Part shown: positions 51,368 through 53,481 of the stretch, piece by piece | Position numbering within the stretch: position 1 is the first letter of the stretch | Layout: the number at the start of each line of letters is the position of its first letter | IMG/VR virus record: IMGVR_UViG_3300044707_000344 | Coordinates: 1-53,481 of that record | Direction: 5' to 3' (one strand) | Source: a virus | Lineage: Duplodnaviria > Caudoviricetes | Length of the DNA stretch: 53,481 nucleotides | Notes under the pieces: generated by a model | Told to the model about the DNA's origin: nothing | Databases searched by the model: none | The model's input: the letters and a program-made list of their open reading frames with translations, nothing else | Made by a program: the position numbers and the translations under genes

Positions 51368-52560
51368 TGAACGCTGGCATCTTTGGCTCATCGGCAGCCG
51401 TGGCGATGCCGGCTGTATCACCGCAGCCGTCGGACGGGCCGCGATCCAGTTCCGGCTTGCCCGATTGGAGGAGTTCTGCGGATCTGTCTCGCTACACTGC
51501 CGCCATCAGATTCGGCATCGCGTCGTCCGTGAGAGTAGCAGATACGCTCTCGCTCGCGGGTGCGGCAAACTCATTTCCAGGGACGGTGGGAGCGTATCAA
51601 GGCGGCGTCACGCTGCCCGACGGCAGTGTGTTCTGCCCACCGCGAAACGCTACGCAGGCGAGAATATACAATCCACGGACAGATACGGTATCGACAGCCG
51701 GACCAGCAAGCTCATTCCCGGGCTCTAACGCTTACGCCGGCGGCGTACTGATGCAGGACGGTCGCGTGTTTTGCGTCCCAAACATCGGCGCAACTCAGGC
51801 GCGAGTCTACGATCCACGCACGGATACTGTCAGCCTCGTCGGTCCAGCAGGCTCGTTTCCTACGTCGCACAATAATGGCGTGCTCCTCCGAGACGGGCGC
51901 GTGTTTTGCTCGCCCGCGCCAGTCGCTGGGTCTGCAACCTCGGTGGCGCGAGTCTACGATCCGCGTAATGACACAGTTTCCAGCTACGGCACGTTCTCCA
52001 CAGGCGCAAACGATTGGCAGGGTTGCGCGCTGATGCTTGACGGTCGCGTGTTTGTCTGCCCTCGCTCGGCAACGCAGGCGAGGATCTTTGACCCGACCAA
52101 CAACACTGTCTACGCCGCCGGAAGCCCAAGCTCATTCCCGGGCTCTAACGCTTACGCCGGCTGCGTACTGATGGCTGATGGCAGGGTGCTATGCGTTCCA
52201 CTCAGCGCCACGCAGATACGAATCTATGACCCATACGCAGACAGAGTGACGTTGGCTGGCCCTGCGACATTCCCCGCCAGCAATTCCTTCGCTTATGGCG
52301 TGCTGATGCCTGACGGTCGCATACTGATGACGCCGTTCAACGCGACCTCGTTGCGAATCTATGATCCAGTCACGGACACGGTGACGCTGGCCGCAGGCAC
52401 ACTTCCAGGGGCAAACGCTGTGCTAGGTGCATCGCTTTTGATGGATGGTCGCATGATTATCTGCGCGTACAGCGGCACGCAGGCGCGGACCTACGGCAGG
52501 GCGGGCAGCACTTATAACCAAAACGTAATACTGAGCGGTTCCTTTTACAACAGGTCGTAG
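51367..52560 (+). CDS. Kelch-like beta-propeller protein
   Basis: About 7 repeats of GVL..DGRVFC.P..ATQARIYDP..DTV. Confidence 0.8.
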   Translation: MNAGIFGSSAAVAMPAVSPQPSDGPRSSSGLPDWRSSADLSRYTAAIRFGIASSVRVADTLSLAGAANSFPGTVGAYQGGVTLPDGSVFCPPRNATQARIYNPRTDTVSTAGPASSFPGSNAYAGGVLMQDGRVFCVPNIGATQARVYDPRTDTVSLVGPAGSFPTSHNNGVLLRDGRVFCSPAPVAGSATSVARVYDPRNDTVSSYGTFSTGANDWQGCALMLDGRVFVCPRSATQARIFDPTNNTVYAAGSPSSFPGSNAYAGCVLMADGRVLCVPLSATQIRIYDPYADRVTLAGPATFPASNSFAYGVLMPDGRILMTPFNATSLRIYDPVTDTVTLAAGTLPGANAVLGASLLMDGRMIICAYSGTQARTYGRAGSTYNQNVILSGSFYNRS

Positions 52561-52561
52561 A

Positions 52562-53029
52562 ATGTATATCTGGTTTGCTGGCATTGAAGGTGCAGTCGCC
52601 ACAGTCATCTCTATCAGCGAGAGCGACTACATCCTCGCGGCCTACTCATCGGCGCAGGAGCAGCGCACCGGCGCTCCGACATCGCAATGGACGCTAATCG
52701 GGACGCCAAACTCCACCGACATCCTGTCGGCCCTTGGCGACGGATGGACGAACGAGAGCGTCGATTTGCCTGTGGAGCGGTCAGTGCCTGCGAGCGTCAC
52801 GGCACGGCAGATACGCCTGTGGCTGGTGCGGCACGGCGTGTCGCTCGCCCAGGTCGATGCCGCCATCGACGCGATACAAGACGCACAGGCCCGTGAGGAA
52901 GCAAGAGTCGAGTGGGACTACGCGCCCTATGTCGAGCGGGCGCACCCGATGCTCGTGCCGCTCGCCGCTGCCCTCGGGCTCGACGAGGCCCAGGTCGACG
53001 AGGCGTTCCGCCAGGCGTCCACGATCTAG
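52562..53029 (+). CDS. Hypothetical fibre-module protein
   Basis: VP.SVTARQIRLWL...EWDYA...VDEAF C-terminal domain common near fibre genes. Confidence 0.7.
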   Translation: MYIWFAGIEGAVATVISISESDYILAAYSSAQEQRTGAPTSQWTLIGTPNSTDILSALGDGWTNESVDLPVERSVPASVTARQIRLWLVRHGVSLAQVDAAIDAIQDAQAREEARVEWDYAPYVERAHPMLVPLAAALGLDEAQVDEAFRQASTI

Positions 53030-53037
53030 GGTGAGCT

Positions 53038-53343
53038 ATGCCGCAGCGAATCGAGTTCATCAAGGCGGCGCGTGCGAATCACCAGATCCGCAGGCGCGAC
53101 AACGGGCCGAATGCCCACGAGCGAGGCTACTGCTCGCCGCAGCACAAGGCGTGGCGGCTGGCTGTGCTTGAGCGTGACAACTGGCAATGCCGCGCCTGCG
53201 GTCGTGTGTGTGCCAAGCGACGCGAGGCCCACGCAGACCATGTGCTGTCGGTGGTGAGCCGACCAGACCTCCGGTACGACGTCGCGAATGGCCAATGCCT
53301 ATGTGCGTCGTGCCACAGCAAGAAGACAGTGCGCGGTGGTTGA
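53038..53343 (+). CDS. HNH endonuclease (packaging-associated)
   Basis: RDNWQCRACG, HADH, NGQCLCASCHSKKT; precedes the packaging module on the circular map. Confidence 0.92.
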   Translation: MPQRIEFIKAARANHQIRRRDNGPNAHERGYCSPQHKAWRLAVLERDNWQCRACGRVCAKRREAHADHVLSVVSRPDLRYDVANGQCLCASCHSKKTVRGG

Positions 53344-53481
53344 CCCGGGGGACGTGGAACTTTTGGAAGCCCGTAGGTTGACACAGGGTGCATATATAAA
53401 GAACGGAGGCCACACCCGACCCCATAGGGGGGGCACGGCAAAGGCCGGCAACGAGGTAAACCACAGGTGATCCCTGCGCGT
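53246..53481. repeat. Terminal direct repeat, right copy
   Basis: Matches 1-236 at 235/236 positions; contains the 3' end of the HNH gene. Confidence 0.97.

Noticed and set aside
1-53481. Alternative genetic code or stop-codon readthrough
   Set aside because: Conserved genes are full length under the standard bacterial code and end in TGA, TAG or TAA with tight gene packing.

Overview
This window is an apparently complete ~53.2 kb, GC-rich, temperate, HK97-like long-tailed dsDNA phage genome. Bases 1-236 are repeated at 53246-53481 with one mismatch. Gene order: ParB/glycosyltransferase/methyltransferase cassette; terminase, portal, protease and capsid; head-tail and tail genes with a 1747-aa tape measure; fibre module 1 and Cys-rich proteins; metallophosphoesterase and Nmad1-like genes; a tyrosine integrase (the only convincing minus-strand gene) with a tRNA-3'-like attP candidate; an early region of small genes behind duplicated strong promoters; replication genes (SNF2-like helicase, PrimPol, UvrD-like helicase); Gp88-like, VRR-NUC, radical SAM and glycosyltransferase genes; a membrane/papain-protease cluster with no recognisable endolysin; fibre module 2; HNH. 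A Planctomycetota host is my inference from remembered gene families and has not been checked. The most unusual signals are: (i) early-region intergenic hairpins with different stems but an invariant GCGTT loop followed by GGACTGA, interleaved with an oriented CTGATTGTTCGGA motif; (ii) a duplicated 150-bp palindromic element with a compensatory change, bracketing the early/replication region; (iii) a SNF2 helicase whose motif Ia precedes motif I. All family calls come from motif recognition by eye; no searches were run.
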